Shown: piece by piece, positions 44,330-59,329 of the stretch | Numbering within the stretch: position 1 is the first letter of the stretch | Layout of the letters: the number at the start of each line of letters is the position of its first letter | Program-made: the position numbers and the translations under genes | Notes under the pieces: model-generated | The model's database searches: none | What the model was told of the DNA's origin: nothing | Seen by the model: only the letters and a program-made list of their open reading frames with translations | Source: Eledone cirrhosa | Lineage: Eukaryota | Reading direction: 5' to 3' | Assembly (NCBI GenBank): GCA_964016885.1 | Contig: OZ024742.1 | Coordinates: forward strand, 148,738,001 to 148,802,000 | DNA length: 64,000 bases

Positions 44330-46268
44330 ATCTCTTTATCTCTATCTCTTTCTCACACCCTCTCTATCATTCTCTCTATCACTATCTCTTTCTCACTTCC
44401 TCTCTATCATTCTCTCTATCTCTATCTCTTTCTCACATTCTCTCTATCTCTATCTCTTTCTCACTTCCTCTCTATCATTCTCTCTATCACTATCTCTTTC
44501 TCACTTCCTCTCTATCATTCTCTCTATCTTTATCTCTTTCTCACTTCCTCTCTATCATTCTCTCTATCTCTATCTCTTTCTCACATTCTCTCTATCTCTA
44601 TCTCTTTCTCACTTCCTCTCTATCATTCTCTCTATCACTATCTCTTTCTCACTTCCTCTCTATCATTCTCTCTATCTTTATCTCTTTCTCACTTCCTCTC
44701 TATCATTCTCTCTATCACTATCTCTTTCTCACTTCCTCTCTATCATTCTCTCTATCTTTATCTCTTTCTCACTTCCTCTCTATCATTCTCTCTATCTCTA
44801 TCTCTTTCTCACTTCCTCTCTATCATTCTCTCTATCACTATCTCTTTCTCACTTCCTCTCTATCATTCTCTCTATCTCTATCTCTTTCTCACATTCTCTC
44901 TATCTCTATCTCTTTCTCACTTCCTCTCTATCATTCTCTCTATCTCTATCTCTTTCTCACTTCCTCTCTATCATTCTCTCTATCTCTATCTCTTTCTCAC
45001 TTCCTCTCTATCATTCTCTCTATCTCTATCTCTTTCTTACTTCCTCTCTATCATTCTCTCTATCTCTATCTCTTTCTCACTTCCTCTCTATCATTCTCTC
45101 TATCTCTATCTCTTTCTCACTTCCTCTCTATCATTCTCTCTATCTCTATCTCTTTCTCACTCCCTCTCTATGACTATCTCTTTCTCACTCCCTCTCTATC
45201 ATTCTCTCTATCTCTATCTCTTTCTCACTCCCTCTCTATGACTATCTCTTTCTCACTCCCTCTCTATCATTCTCTCTATCTCTATCTCTTTCTCACACCC
45301 TCTCTATCATTCTCTCTATCTCTATCTCTTTCTCACTTCCTCTCTATCATTCTCTCTATCTTTATCTCTTTCTCACTCCCTCTCTATCATTCTCTCTATC
45401 ACTATCTCTTTCTCACTTCCTCTCTATCATTCTCTCTATCTCTATCTCTTTCTCACTCCCTCTCTATCATTCTCTCTATCTTTATCTCTTTCTCACTTCC
45501 TCTCTATCATTCTCTCTATCTCTATCTCTTTCTCACTCCCTCTCTATCATTCTCTCTATCACTATCTCTTTCTCACTCCCTCTCTATCATTCTCTCTATC
45601 TCTATCTCTTTCTCACTTCCTCTCTATCATTCTCTCTATCTCTATCTATTTCTCACTTCCTCTCTATCATTCTCTCTATCTCTATCTCTTTCTCACTTCC
45701 TCTCTATCATTCTCTCTATCACTATCTCTTTCTCACTTCCTCTCTATCATTCTCTCTATCTCTATCTCTTTCTCACTTCCTCTCTATCATTCTCTCTATC
45801 ACTATCTCTTTCTCACTTCCTCTCTATCATTCTCTCTATCTCTATCTCTTTCTCACTTCCTCTCTATGACTATCTCTTTCTCACTCCCTCTCTATCATTC
45901 TCTCTATGACTATCTCTTTCTCACTCCCTCTCTATCATTCTCTCTATCTCTATCTCTTTCTCACTCCCTCTCTATGACTATCTCTTTCTCACTCCCTCTC
46001 TATCATTCTCTCTATCTCTATCTCTTTCTCACTCCCTCTCTATGACTATCTCTTTCTCACTCCCTCTCTATCATTCTCTCTATCTCTATCTCTTTCTCAC
46101 TCCCTCTCTATCCCTATCTCTTTCTCACTCCCTCTCTATCATTCTCTCTATCACTATCTCTTTCTCACTCCCTCTCTATCCCTATCTCTTTCTCACTCCC
46201 TCTCTATCATTCTCTCTATCATTATCTCTTTCTCACTCCCTCTCTATCATTCTCTCTATCACTATCTG
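44330..46268. repeat. Polypyrimidine minisatellite, ~40-bp unit CTCTATCATTCTCTCTATCTCTATCTCTTTCTCACTTCCT
   Basis: Read directly; 40-bp units are interspersed with shorter variants. Confidence 0.95.
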
Positions 46269-47304
46269 TCACTCTGGAAAAGGACGACTGTGTTCAGACT
46301 TGAAGGCGGAGATGAACTCCACCAGATTTAAAGAGCCCAATACACAGAGTATGCTATGTTGGGTTTGTTGAATTATAGAATTATGGATAACATCAAACAT
46401 TCGTATAAAGAGCTCAACGTAGGTAGCGGAGCTAAATCTATTATATAAATTGCGTTTACTGGGGCCCTAGGGATCATTTTACATGGCTTATTTAACCAGT
46501 AATTTTTTTACAAAAACAAAAACACTTTTTCGTAAAATGTTGACAGGAACTACAAAAACACTTTTTCGTAAAATGTTGAAAGGAACTTCGTACATGAGAA
46601 GATATCATGGGGGTGAGGGTTTTAATTTTTCGAATGTGCTTATAAATAGTATAGAAGGTGAAATAGGAAGAAATGAAAAACTATATAATTAGATGGGTAG
46701 CTACGTAAGCGAAATATATATAAATTGGGAGAAAGCAAAAGAGGAAGAGAAATGTTTTATGAATAGTCAATTTATTATACGAAATTCTTTTTTGACAATA
46801 AGAGGTCTATTAAAGTTATGAATAGATATGGTTGACTTATTTTTGTGAGTACGTGTCTGGGTTTCCCGCTAACATATTTGTCTATAAAAGGAATTAATTA
46901 CTTCTAAAGGTGAATGCTTGTGAATTAATTACTTCTGAAGTAATTAATTTTTAGTTTGTATTTAAATGTATATGTATGTATGAACCCGTAACTATTGAGT
47001 CGTAGGGGTGCTGTTTGGACATATGATGTGTCTTAAGCAATTTTTTCAAAAAATGGTGGAGTCCATCCTCTCTTCAGGTCTGAACGCTGCCGATTTCTTC
47101 ACAGTTACCTTAGTATCGGTGTAGGAGCGCTGTATACTTGTATTTCAGGATTATTATTTGACATCAGTAGACGACTACTTACGCCAAAATACCAAGGTAT
47201 AATAGACTCTAAAGTCTGGCAAATTTTGTAAAGAAACTATTTTTGTTGGAAGCTTATTTACATGTGGTACAAGCTTGACTGGGTGGTATTAATTAGCAAT
47301 AGCA

Positions 47305-47490
47305 GTGGATTGGCAGTATCGGTAGAGGGTCTGACGCTATGCTTTGCAGCAAAGAGTTACGCCCCTTTATGGTTTGAGTTCAAATCCCGCCGAGGTTAAC
47401 TTTGCCTTTCATCCTTACGGGGTCGATAAAATAAAGTACCAGTAATGCACTGGATAATTGCTGGCCTTGTGCCAAAAGTAGAAACAATTA
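47305..47490 (+). mobile_element. SINE family 1 with a 17-bp TSD
   Basis: ATTAATTAGCAATAGCA at 47288-47304 and 47487-47503. Confidence 0.93.
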
Positions 47491-48290
47491 ATTAGCAATA
47501 GCACTAACACTGCGTATATGGGTCCATAATATGGCCGTAAATAGGTACGCACAGACACACATGGAGTTCACATTTACCTATGTACTATACAATCGTTGAT
47601 AAATGGAGTCTTAGAGGCTCCATCTTGACACACGGCGTTTCCTGAGTATTTAAAACCTTGTGGAGCCCATCCTTCTCCAGGTTTGAATTAAGCCAATTTA
47701 TTCCAGAAAAAGAGAGCGAGAGAAAATGGTAGACAGGAAGTGAGAAAGACATTTAGGAGAAGAATCGACCTCGGTACGGAACTGGTACTTTGAAAGAATG
47801 CAGAGCAAAGTTGACCACAGTGGGATTTGAACTCAGATCGCAGAGAAGCGGAACGAATAGCACAAAGCATTCTATCTGACGTTCTAACGCATGACAATTC
47901 GCTGCTTTTAACGAACTGCATATACAAAACGACACAAATAGCACGAGAGAAAAAATAGAAAGGGAATACGAACATTTCTATGGTGCGTGAGATTAAAGAA
48001 GTTAAACAAAAAGTTGAAGAATGAAGACACGAAACGGACAAAATATATGCACATTTAACACAGAAAACGTGTACAATGAAAATAATTACACAGATGAAAA
48101 GGAAAGTAAAAGAGATGAAGAAAAGAATTATAAGTGAAAAAAAGTAAAGTGTCAAAACTATACCAAGCTAGAATTTACACATCTGTCTCCATCGTCTATA
48201 CCGTGTGAGCTAAATATCCTAACCATTAAGTGACGTGCCTTCACACATACATACATACATACATACATACATACATACATACATACATAC

Positions 48291-50247
48291 AAACAACAAA
48301 GAATCGCAGAAACATGACTGTCGTGTGGCTGGACTATCAAAAAGCATTTGATAGTGTACCTCATGGGTGGATTATTAAGGCTTTACAGTTAGCTAAAGTC
48401 CCACAACCATTAGTAGCTGCTGTTGAACGCCTGACCAAGAACTGGTACACCAATTTGATCCTTAGAGGTGAGAAGGAGCAGGTTAAGACTGATAGGATAC
48501 ATTACCAGAAGGGCATCTTTCAGGGTGATAGCTTGTCAGTACTACTCTTCGTTCTCTCACTGAATCCACTATCTTACCTACTCAGGAAACAAGGTGGACA
48601 AAGAAGTGGGCCCAGAAGTATCTCCCATCTTTTCTTTGTTGATGACCTGAAGTTGTATGGGCCAAATATCAATGACATCAAGAAACAATTGGACCTCATT
48701 ACACAATTTTCAACCGACATCAAAATGAAATTTGGTGAGTCCAAGTGTGCATATTTGGCAGTAAAACGTGAAGAGCTGTGCCCTCCTCTAGAAATCTAGA
48801 TATGAACGGCCTGACAATACAACCTCTGCAGTCAGGTGACAACTACAGATATCTTGGACAGGATGAGAATGTCAGATATGATAGACCCATAAATAAGGAG
48901 AGAACCAGAACTGAATACCTCAGAAGAGTAAAAAAAATATGGTCATCAGAACTGTCAGCATACAACAAATACATTGCCCACAATACCTATGCTGTGCCAA
49001 TTATAACGCCAACATTTGGCCTACTGAACTGGTCATTGCAAGAACTAAGTGAGATGGATGTTAGAACTCGTAAACTTCTCAGTGTTACTGGGAACTTTAA
49101 CATCAATGGTGATGTGGATAGGCTATACTTCTCACGCAAGGAAGGTGGCCGGGGTCTAAAATCAATATTAACAACATATGAGACCCGGATAGTAACACTG
49201 AAGCAACACCTTCAACAGAGGAAAAAGGTTGGCGACCATCTTGCTCAGGTTTATGAGCATGAAAAAAGAAATATCATTAGAATAGCGACTGATCTGGAGG
49301 AGAGATATGGAATAAAGCCTGATATAAATCTCTCACCCAGAGAAATCGGAAGATCCTATTCAATGTTCAAACAAGAAAAAAAAATTGACCAATTTACAGA
49401 GAAAGTTGTGCATGGATACTTGAGGCGTAAAACACAGACCATAGAGGGGATAAACCACTCAAAAAGCCTGGCATGGAGTTCCGACAAGTTTATGACATCA
49501 CACCTTGAGGGATATCTCTATGCAATACAGGAACAAGAACTCCCTACCAAATATCTGCTGCACAAAAGAGGAGGGCCAGCAGCTGACAATAAATGTAGGC
49601 TATGTAAAACAAAGATCGAGGATGTAAGCCACATTGTTGCCAGCTGCGAAAGAATGTCATCTCGCTACTACCTCCCCATGAGACACGATGGGATAGCTAG
49701 AACTATCTGGAACGCACTTCGGAAAACAAAATTAACAACAAACGAGGAAGAATATATTGAGACAGATGGCACTAAGGAATACTGGTGGAACCTGAAAATA
49801 AAAACTGCCACCAAATTAAAGCACAACCGGCCTGATATTGTAGTTTGGGACCACACATTGAAAACGTGTTCTGTTGTGGAGATCAGCTGCCCACTTGATG
49901 TAAACGTTGTCAGAAAAATACAGGAGAAGGAGGACATCTACGGACCATTGATGAGGAGCTTACAAATCCAGTATCCAAGATACACCTTTAGCTTCATACC
50001 CATCATTATTGGTGCTACGGGTTATATACCAACCCGCTTGGACCAAAGTATGACCGAACTTGGATTTGCGGACAAAAAGCGCAGCTCCCTAATTCATAGT
50101 CTACAAATGGCTGCGATAGCTGGCACCTTCAAAATATGCAAAACATTCTTGCGATTCAAGGGATGACAATTTCTTTTCTTTTACAACCTTGCCACCAGGA
50201 AGGTGGCCGGTCAAAAAAATATACTCGAAATTAAGAGAAAGAGAAAA
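48291..50247 (+). mobile_element. R4/Dong-type RLE non-LTR retrotransposon, 5'-truncated within RT, one frameshift, in (CATA)n
   Basis: WLDYQKAFDSVPH, GIFQGDSLS, FVDDLKLY, RLYFSRKEGGRGL, CRLC..H....C, RHD, HNRPDIVVWD, VVEISCP. Short 3' UTR followed by (CATA)n. Confidence 0.93.
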
Positions 50248-50260
50248 CATACATACATAC

Positions 50261-50696
50261 ATGGTGGCAGCCAACTCGTTTTCGAGTACGGCCACTACTT
50301 TATATCCATGTAGGAGAACCCCTACCGATGCGCTGAACAAGTGTGACTTTTTAGTCCAGCCAGCGACTTGAAAACTCTCGTACAAACACTACACTTGTGA
50401 CAATTATTGACACATAGTGCTGGGCCCATGGTACCATGTGATGACAAGTGCAGAGAGATCTCCAGATATAAAGCAATGCCTGTGCCGTGAAGCTTTTATA
50501 GTGAGCAAAGGCACTGCACAAAGCCAGTCCCACTCTCTTAACCAAGATGATATTTACCAAAAAGAAGAACAAGTCAACATCATTGGATACTATCAGGGTT
50601 GCAGGTGTTATATCAGAGTTTTCCTTCTCCTAGAATTCTGCCTTGACAAAGGCTAAGGGGTCATCTCTCTCGGTGAATTTGGATGGGCATTGACTC

Positions 50697-50699
<3 letters not shown>
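50261..50699. mobile_element. Second copy of the (CATA)n-embedded non-coding element
   Basis: Highly similar to 31946-32383. Confidence 0.82.
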
Positions 50700-50727
<28 letters not shown>

Positions 50728-50767
50728 CATACATACATACATACATACATACATACATACATACATA

Positions 50768-51072
50768 CTGGTGGGACCTGAAAATAAAAACTGCCACCAA
50801 ATTAAAGCACAACTATATCCAAGATACACCTTCAGCTTCATACCCATCATTATTGGAGCTACAGGTATATAACCAAAGTATAACTGAACTTGGATTTGTG
50901 GATAAAGAGCGCAGCTCCCTAATTCATGGACTACATATGGCTGCGTTAGCTGGCACCTTCAAAATTTGCAAAACATTCTTGCGATTCAAGGGATGACAAT
51001 TTCTTTTCTTTTACAACCTTGCCACCAGGAAGGTGGCCGGTAAAATGTACTCGAAATTAAGAGAAAGAGAAA
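50768..51072 (+). mobile_element. Internally deleted 3' fragment of the 48291 R4-type family
   Basis: Matches 49781-50247 with gaps. (CATA)n on both sides. Confidence 0.9.
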
Positions 51073-51448
51073 CATACATACATACATACATACATACATA
51101 CATACATACATACATACATACATACATACATACATACATACATGATTTGTGTTTTTGTTTTGGATGGCTAGTTTGTGTGCGTTAATAATGGTTAGTATGA
51201 GTTGGAAGTTTCCATCTCAAGCTGCAGTTGTGATCAGCCACTTGATGAAACTTATATTGCAAATAACGGTCATTTACTGATAATAAATAACTTATCTACC
51301 TCTGCTTAACGTATAAAAGTATGTATCAAATAATATTTGCAGTCTGTTAAAACACATACTAACTTATGCCTTACAACAACTATATATATAGTTCGGATCT
51401 AGCTGTTGAAACAACCGAAGCTTAGCAGTCGGGGTCTGACTCTTTTCC

Positions 51449-51510
<62 letters not shown>

Positions 51511-51583
51511 TGTGTCTGTGTGTCTCTGTGTGTGTGTGTGCGTGCGAGCGAGCGCGCGCGTGCGTGTGTGTGTGTGTGTGTGC

Positions 51584-51622
<39 letters not shown>

Positions 51623-52004
51623 ATATATATACAATAAAGTATGTCCATAGAATCATTTGATAAAATATATACACCATTTCCTCTCCCAATTAGCATAATC
51701 AACCACACAAAAAACCAATTAAACCAGGCTATAAGATTAAAAGACACCTATGAAGAAATAATAGATAAATAAACGACAGCTATCTATCCGCGATCAATAG
51801 CCATAGAATATTTACCCAGTAATTTCAATAATTAATATTGCCTAAATTGCATCTCAACCATATGGGAGATTATCAAATATAAAGATTTACATATACACAA
51901 ACTAGAGAAAGTCATAGATATATATATATATATATATGTTTTTGGCAACCATTCACGATGTGGCTCAATGACGAATTAATTAGTTAAATAATCAACAATC
52001 AGAG

Positions 52005-52868
<864 letters not shown>

Positions 52869-52883
52869 TATATATATATATAT

Positions 52884-52968
<85 letters not shown>

Positions 52969-53865
52969 TATATATATCCTATATATATATGCGAGAAATC
53001 TCATTGTATTAATCGCTTATGGAAAAAATACAGAGTATATTAATTTAATTATGAAAAAGAGTTAGAAGCGATCTAACTAGAACTGAAATTGACATCATCT
53101 TAACCGCAAAAAAAATATTAATTGGATTGACGGTGACCTTTGGACCAGAAAATAATCGGCCCCGAGAACTTTTGTATCACAATGGGATCGAGCGGTTACA
53201 TCGAGTTGGTCTTTTCTTACTAAACTATCAACATAAAGTCTTCTCCTTCTTAAACGGTGGTTTGTATCGTGATGGTGCTCTTTTCACAGTTAACGGCAAT
53301 AATAGTAAAAGTGAAAGAACGTACAAAACATTTACATAGTTTTTTTTAAGATAATGTCTTAAACATTTCGTTAGATATAAATAATATGTAGTTAACTTCC
53401 TACAACTAAATACCGGGTATCATAAACCACAATAAATCTATATTTAAGTCTATAGTAGAAATGTATCTGGTAGAATTTCTAGACTGTCCTCCAATAGAGT
53501 TATCTTTAAACAAAGTGCACTGCATTACAATGAGGCATTAACTAGATGATGTTATAACTAGAAAATCCAATACAACAGAGATAAAAATAACTGAAGTAGT
53601 AGAATCTGAAATATAATTATTCACAATAGCATATTACGCAGATCTAAATATGACCTTGATGCAGAACTTAACTTAAAGGACACAAATGATAAAGTTATTG
53701 ACCATGTTAATACTCATTCTATTGATACTTTAAATATTGCACCTAACACAAACAGGGTTAGTAGAAGTTTGAAAGAACGTACATACGCTAGCAACAATAT
53801 ATATGTGAACCATAATAGAAATATAACTCGGAGTAACAAGAACAACTATAAAGATAGCTATGTTA

Positions 53866-54190
53866 ATAATTGTTTCTACTTTTGGCAAAAGGCCAGCTAT
53901 CATCCCAGTGCATTACTGGTAATTTATTTTATCGACCCCGTAAGGATGAAAGGCACAGTTAGCCTCATCGAAACTTGAACTCATATCATAAAGGGCCGTA
54001 ACTCTATGCTGCAAAAACAACTATAAAGATAGGTATGTAAATAATTGTTTCTACTTTTGGCACAAGGCCAGCAATTATCCCAGTGCATTACTGGTACTTT
54101 ATTTTATCGACCCCGTAAGGATGAAAGGCATAGTTTACCTCGGCGGGATTTTAACTCAAATCGGAAAGGGGCGTAACTCGATGCTTCGCC
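53866..54190 (-). mobile_element. Two tandem SINE family 1 copies inserted in the PLE
   Basis: Copies at ~53866-54015 and ~54041-54190, with a repeated flank AACAACTATAAAGATAG.TATGT.AATAAT. Confidence 0.85.
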
Positions 54191-56244
54191 CATAGGTATC
54201 TAAATAATGGTGGAACGAAAGGTGTAATAAATCATGAACTTCACCCTCATAAACTCTCAAATTCGACACAAATTCATGATTTGAGCTCTAGAGCCGCCTA
54301 ATATCCCCAAATCTAGTAATACATATTCTCATAGCAACAATAATGAAAGGAACTCCCATCTTCCTTCGCACAACTTACAACCACTGGATAATATCACCTC
54401 TTCTTTAGGTAATAAGACTAACCGTAAAAGGTCCACAATATGGTTTAATCCACCATATAGAAAGCTTTTAGCTTCAAATATACTTAAATGGTTATTTAGT
54501 ATAATTGATAGAATGTTTCCCCATCACATAAGTACCACAAACTATTAAACAGAAATACTATCAAACTTTCTTTCTCAACAACACGTAATTTAGCAGAATA
54601 TTTAGCCTGTAGTAAATGTGTTAAGTTGAATAAGTATGATTTAATATCAAGCAATATAGCTGATTTTCCCAAAACAAGTGCACATATAACTAGGACTATG
54701 CCTCACCTCTATAAAGTCCAAAACATTTAAATAATCTTAGTACTGTATTTGATACTCATGCTAACCCATTAGCTAACTATAACTGTAATTTCAGACAACC
54801 ACAAAATTTCCCCCTTATTGTTTCTACATCTAATGGTACTAAAGCTTACGTCGGTACAACATCGAATAGTTTTAAATAACGTTGCTACTTCCACCCCCAC
54901 TCTTTTAAGAAAGTAAAACTGAGGAATTTTACCTCGCTCACCGGTTACTTATGGAATTTGAAAAATTCAAACATCTCTTACTCTTTCTCTTGGTCTCATT
55001 TGAAAACTGCAAAATCTTACGAACCTGATAGCCCAAAATGTAATTTGTGTTTATCGAGTGCCTCTTGATAACTAAGTCTAATCCAGATTTATTGAATAGG
55101 AAATCTGTTGTAGCTTCAACGTGCCTACACAATAATTCCTATTCATTTTACTATAAATGTGACCCAACTTAAAAACAATTTAATGTAAATTTCAAATTAA
55201 GTCATGTGCTATACGTGATTACCCTCATCTGTCTATAGCCATAATAAGCAACATACTATTATAATAGATAATTGAGCCATATAACATTAATATTAAAATT
55301 AGATCCACTTAAGTTTTCTCTATAACAATACGTAGGTCTACACGGGATGTTTTTTACACTTGAATTCGTAGATAAATTATAGTAACCCGTATATAACCCA
55401 ATGTACACTTATAGCAAAGGTCACCATTGAACTAATAGGGTGTAAGTATATTTTCACTCGCATTCTAATTGAACACTTGATATTCTTGATTCGGATATCT
55501 TTTCATATACTACCAAGTTTAACATTACACCGTTTTAAATTGTGAATTCTGCTTAATACCGCCGTTAAACATTACGTTGTCAAAATAACGTCATTTTTTT
55601 TTTATAAAATGGTGGCTTTTAGTTAGTAAAAAAATGTATTTGCGCTCGTATATATAAACTAAATTACTGCTTGGGGGACTTATGCTTCACATTAGACTTT
55701 TTTATTGCTTTAATTAACTTGCATGATGCCTAAAACTTACGTTTTCCATTGCCCATCTAATGATCTGTCTTTCATATTTTTTAAGACTGTTTTTTAATGT
55801 CTATATTCTTTTAACATGGCTTCGTACCTTTCGGACATACATTCTATAAATCTAATATCGATTTTCTCATGAGATTTTGTTATATGTGATTGCATGTTTT
55901 ATTGATTTGTTAGATTAATTAATTTTTCTGCAAATCAATATTTATATTTTGATTGTATTTCGTTAAAATTGAAACGAACGTAGAAATTAATAAAAGCATT
56001 TGAAGTGTTATTTTTGGTGCTTCACCTAAATTAAATATATATATATATATTTTTAATTTTTGTTTGTTTTTAAATACAAGTGATAGTAAGCGTTCTTACA
56101 GTGACGTAATAAATGTTCATCATTTTTTTTTTCATTATATATTTAGACATTTGGTATGTCAATAGGTAGACTAACGATATCCATAATTCTTTGGATGGTG
56201 AGAACTGAATTCGGCTATATTCTGTTTTAATTTAATATAATTTA

Positions 56245-56404
56245 TTAATTCCACTGAGGAATGATATAAAGGTTATTGTAAATTGATTTGTGATTTGCTT
56301 TGTATTTAGTTTTCGCTTATACGAATTACGCATAACATTCTTTCAGTAATTCTATATGAAAGGCTGATATTCATAATGTTCTGGAAACACGTGTACGGAA
56401 TTAA
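56245..56404 (+). ncRNA. Type I hammerhead-like motif with a ~120-nt stem II insertion
   Basis: TTAATTCCA-CTGAGGA...GAAA-CACGTG-TA^CGGAATTAA. The first stem I pair is mismatched. An inverted copy of the 3' part lies at ~56457-56488. Confidence 0.6.
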
Positions 56405-56416
56405 AAATGATTTTTT

Positions 56417-56456
<40 letters not shown>

Positions 56457-56508
56457 AAAAAATTATTTTTAATTCCGTACACGTGTTTATATATATATAT
56501 ATATATAT

Positions 56509-57176
56509 AATTGAATATAAAAGCGAGATAAACACAGACATATATATATATGTGTTCAAATCGTAAGGGACCAGATTCGCTAAGGTGAAAAAGATATTAA
56601 CTATGGACAATAGGGTTTGCCAGACGCAATTTAAGAATAAATCAAGAAAATAAATACAAACCGGAATTGTGATAACTACCAATCACCCAGACAGCGTTTG
56701 GCGATGCTGTTTCGAAATCCAATTGTGAAGAGAATTACCAATTTTTATTGCTCATCAGTGAGTGAAAAATAAGTAAACTCCTCACTTCTAAGTATATCAG
56801 AAAACTGAATAGTGTGCGTATATACAATAACGCACGTGGTATCAGAACCTGGCGTGTCTCACAAACTCATACACTAAAAATAGTAGCCAACAAATTAACG
56901 GAGCCGAATATATCAAAGGTATATATTGAGTTAGAAACTCAAAATAGTCTCTTACAATAAAATAGCTCAAGGAAAGAGATTTTTCCGAGCCGTATATTAT
57001 AATTGAATATAAAAGAGAATCTGGTCCCTTACGATTTGAACACATATATGTATATGTCTGTCTTTATCTCTCTTTTATATTCAATTATATTATACGGCTC
57101 GGAAAAATCTCTTTCCTTGAGCTATTTTATTGTAAGAGACTATTTTGAGTTTCTAACTCAATATATACCTTTCATA
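56509..57176. mobile_element. Non-coding HHR element: circularly permuted ~492-bp unit plus a ~160-bp inverted arm
   Basis: The start at 56509 recurs at 57001. 57017-57176 is the reverse complement of [56906-57000] plus [56509-56578]. Confidence 0.85.
56683..56765 (-). ncRNA. Type I hammerhead with a GUC site
   Basis: TCACTCA-CTGATGA-[stem II]-GAAA-CAGC atcgccaaac GCTG-TC^TGGGTGA. Confidence 0.85.
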
Positions 57177-57234
57177 TATATATATATGTGTGTGTGTGTA
57201 TGTGTGTGTACGTGTGTATCATTTCTTTATAACA

Positions 57235-57291
<57 letters not shown>

Positions 57292-57297
57292 GTATGT

Positions 57298-57351
<54 letters not shown>

Positions 57352-57467
57352 CTGTGTGTGTGTCTGTGTGTGTGTGTGCGTGCGTCAAGAAACCACGAAA
57401 CAAACGAACGAACAAGAGGATGCAATGACACAAAGTTTCTTAGTTTCACACTTGGAGAAAGAGTTAC

Positions 57468-57507
57468 ATAATCAACGTTTCGGGCATTTGCCCTTCATCA
57501 GAAATGA
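57468..57507 (-). ncRNA. Minimal HHR-like motif of Poseidon-type pLTRs
   Basis: CTGATGA-AGGGC aaat GCCC-GAAACGTT, with a weak stem I. Confidence 0.6.
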
Positions 57508-57667
57508 CAAACAAAAAAACGTTAAAGAATGAAAACTGCAAAACATAAAATGAAATAGAATATAAAAAAAATTGAAAATAAGAATAATAAGTACTTATGT
57601 ATATCTTTCTCCCATGTGTAAAACGCAATATACAATATTACAATGTTCAACACACAATAGCCTCAAT

Positions 57668-57750
<83 letters not shown>

Positions 57751-57762
57751 AATATATATACG

Positions 57763-57821
<59 letters not shown>

Positions 57822-57930
57822 ACATACACATATGACCCGCATACACACAGACAAAAACAAAATCACATTCTATGTCTGCTTATCACTTAAAGAAAAGGTC
57901 TGCACATTAGAGTCACCAACACACCTCACT

Positions 57931-57973
<43 letters not shown>

Positions 57974-58184
57974 CTTTGCCTCTCTCTACCTCTCCCTCTC
58001 TCTCGTTTCAAACTCGATCATATCTCACCGAAACACATGAACATATTGGACATGAATATTTCATATGTTAACTTTTGTTGTAATATTGCCTCTTTGAACG
58101 TATTAGTTTGTTTACTCTTATCCAAACTACCCTTACTTCGATTACGCCACAACCCAGTCTTGTCCCACCTAAACACGCTTATAT

Positions 58185-58941
<757 letters not shown>

Positions 58942-59289
58942 TAGATTCTAATTCCCCTCTACCTCACCTCTACCATATTTGCCGCCATGTTAGTCACTCC
59001 AAAGAAGACGGTGTTAAGCGTAAATAATGTTACAGAATTCATGCTTCATCGGATTGGAAAATGCTCAAAAGTGCAAGAATAAAATAAAAGTCGGGAATAA
59101 AAATATAAAGACAGAACGTGGCGGAGAAGAAAGAGAGAGAAAAGGAAAGGGAGAGGGACAAAAGACTGAAATGGGTGGAGAGATATTAGGAGAAATACAA
59201 ATAAAGGTTTGGTAAAGAATGCATAAGGTCAGAGAAAAATAAAGATCGTAGTAGATAGAAATACGTATATAAATAAAGGTTAAAATGGA

Positions 59290-59329
<40 letters not shown>

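Larger units (their letters stand above)
53127..56417 (+). mobile_element. Old decayed PLE (Naiad-type): RT remnant, linker, GIY-YIG remnant, pLTR with HHR
   Basis: GGLYRDGAL (YRDD site) near 53255, IWFNPPY near 54438, KLLNRNTIKLSFS near 54540, AYVGTTSNSFK near 54843, LLNRK..C.H near 55090, HHR at 56245-56404. Confidence 0.8.

Noticed and set aside
44110-45909. 599-aa S/L-rich ORF
   Set aside because: It is the translation of the 40-bp CT minisatellite, open in more than one frame.
47149-47196. Candidate 48-bp phase 1-1 exon after exon D (tttcag ... G/gtataa)
   Set aside because: It is open but very short, has a weak donor and shows no supporting motif; it cannot be distinguished from chance.
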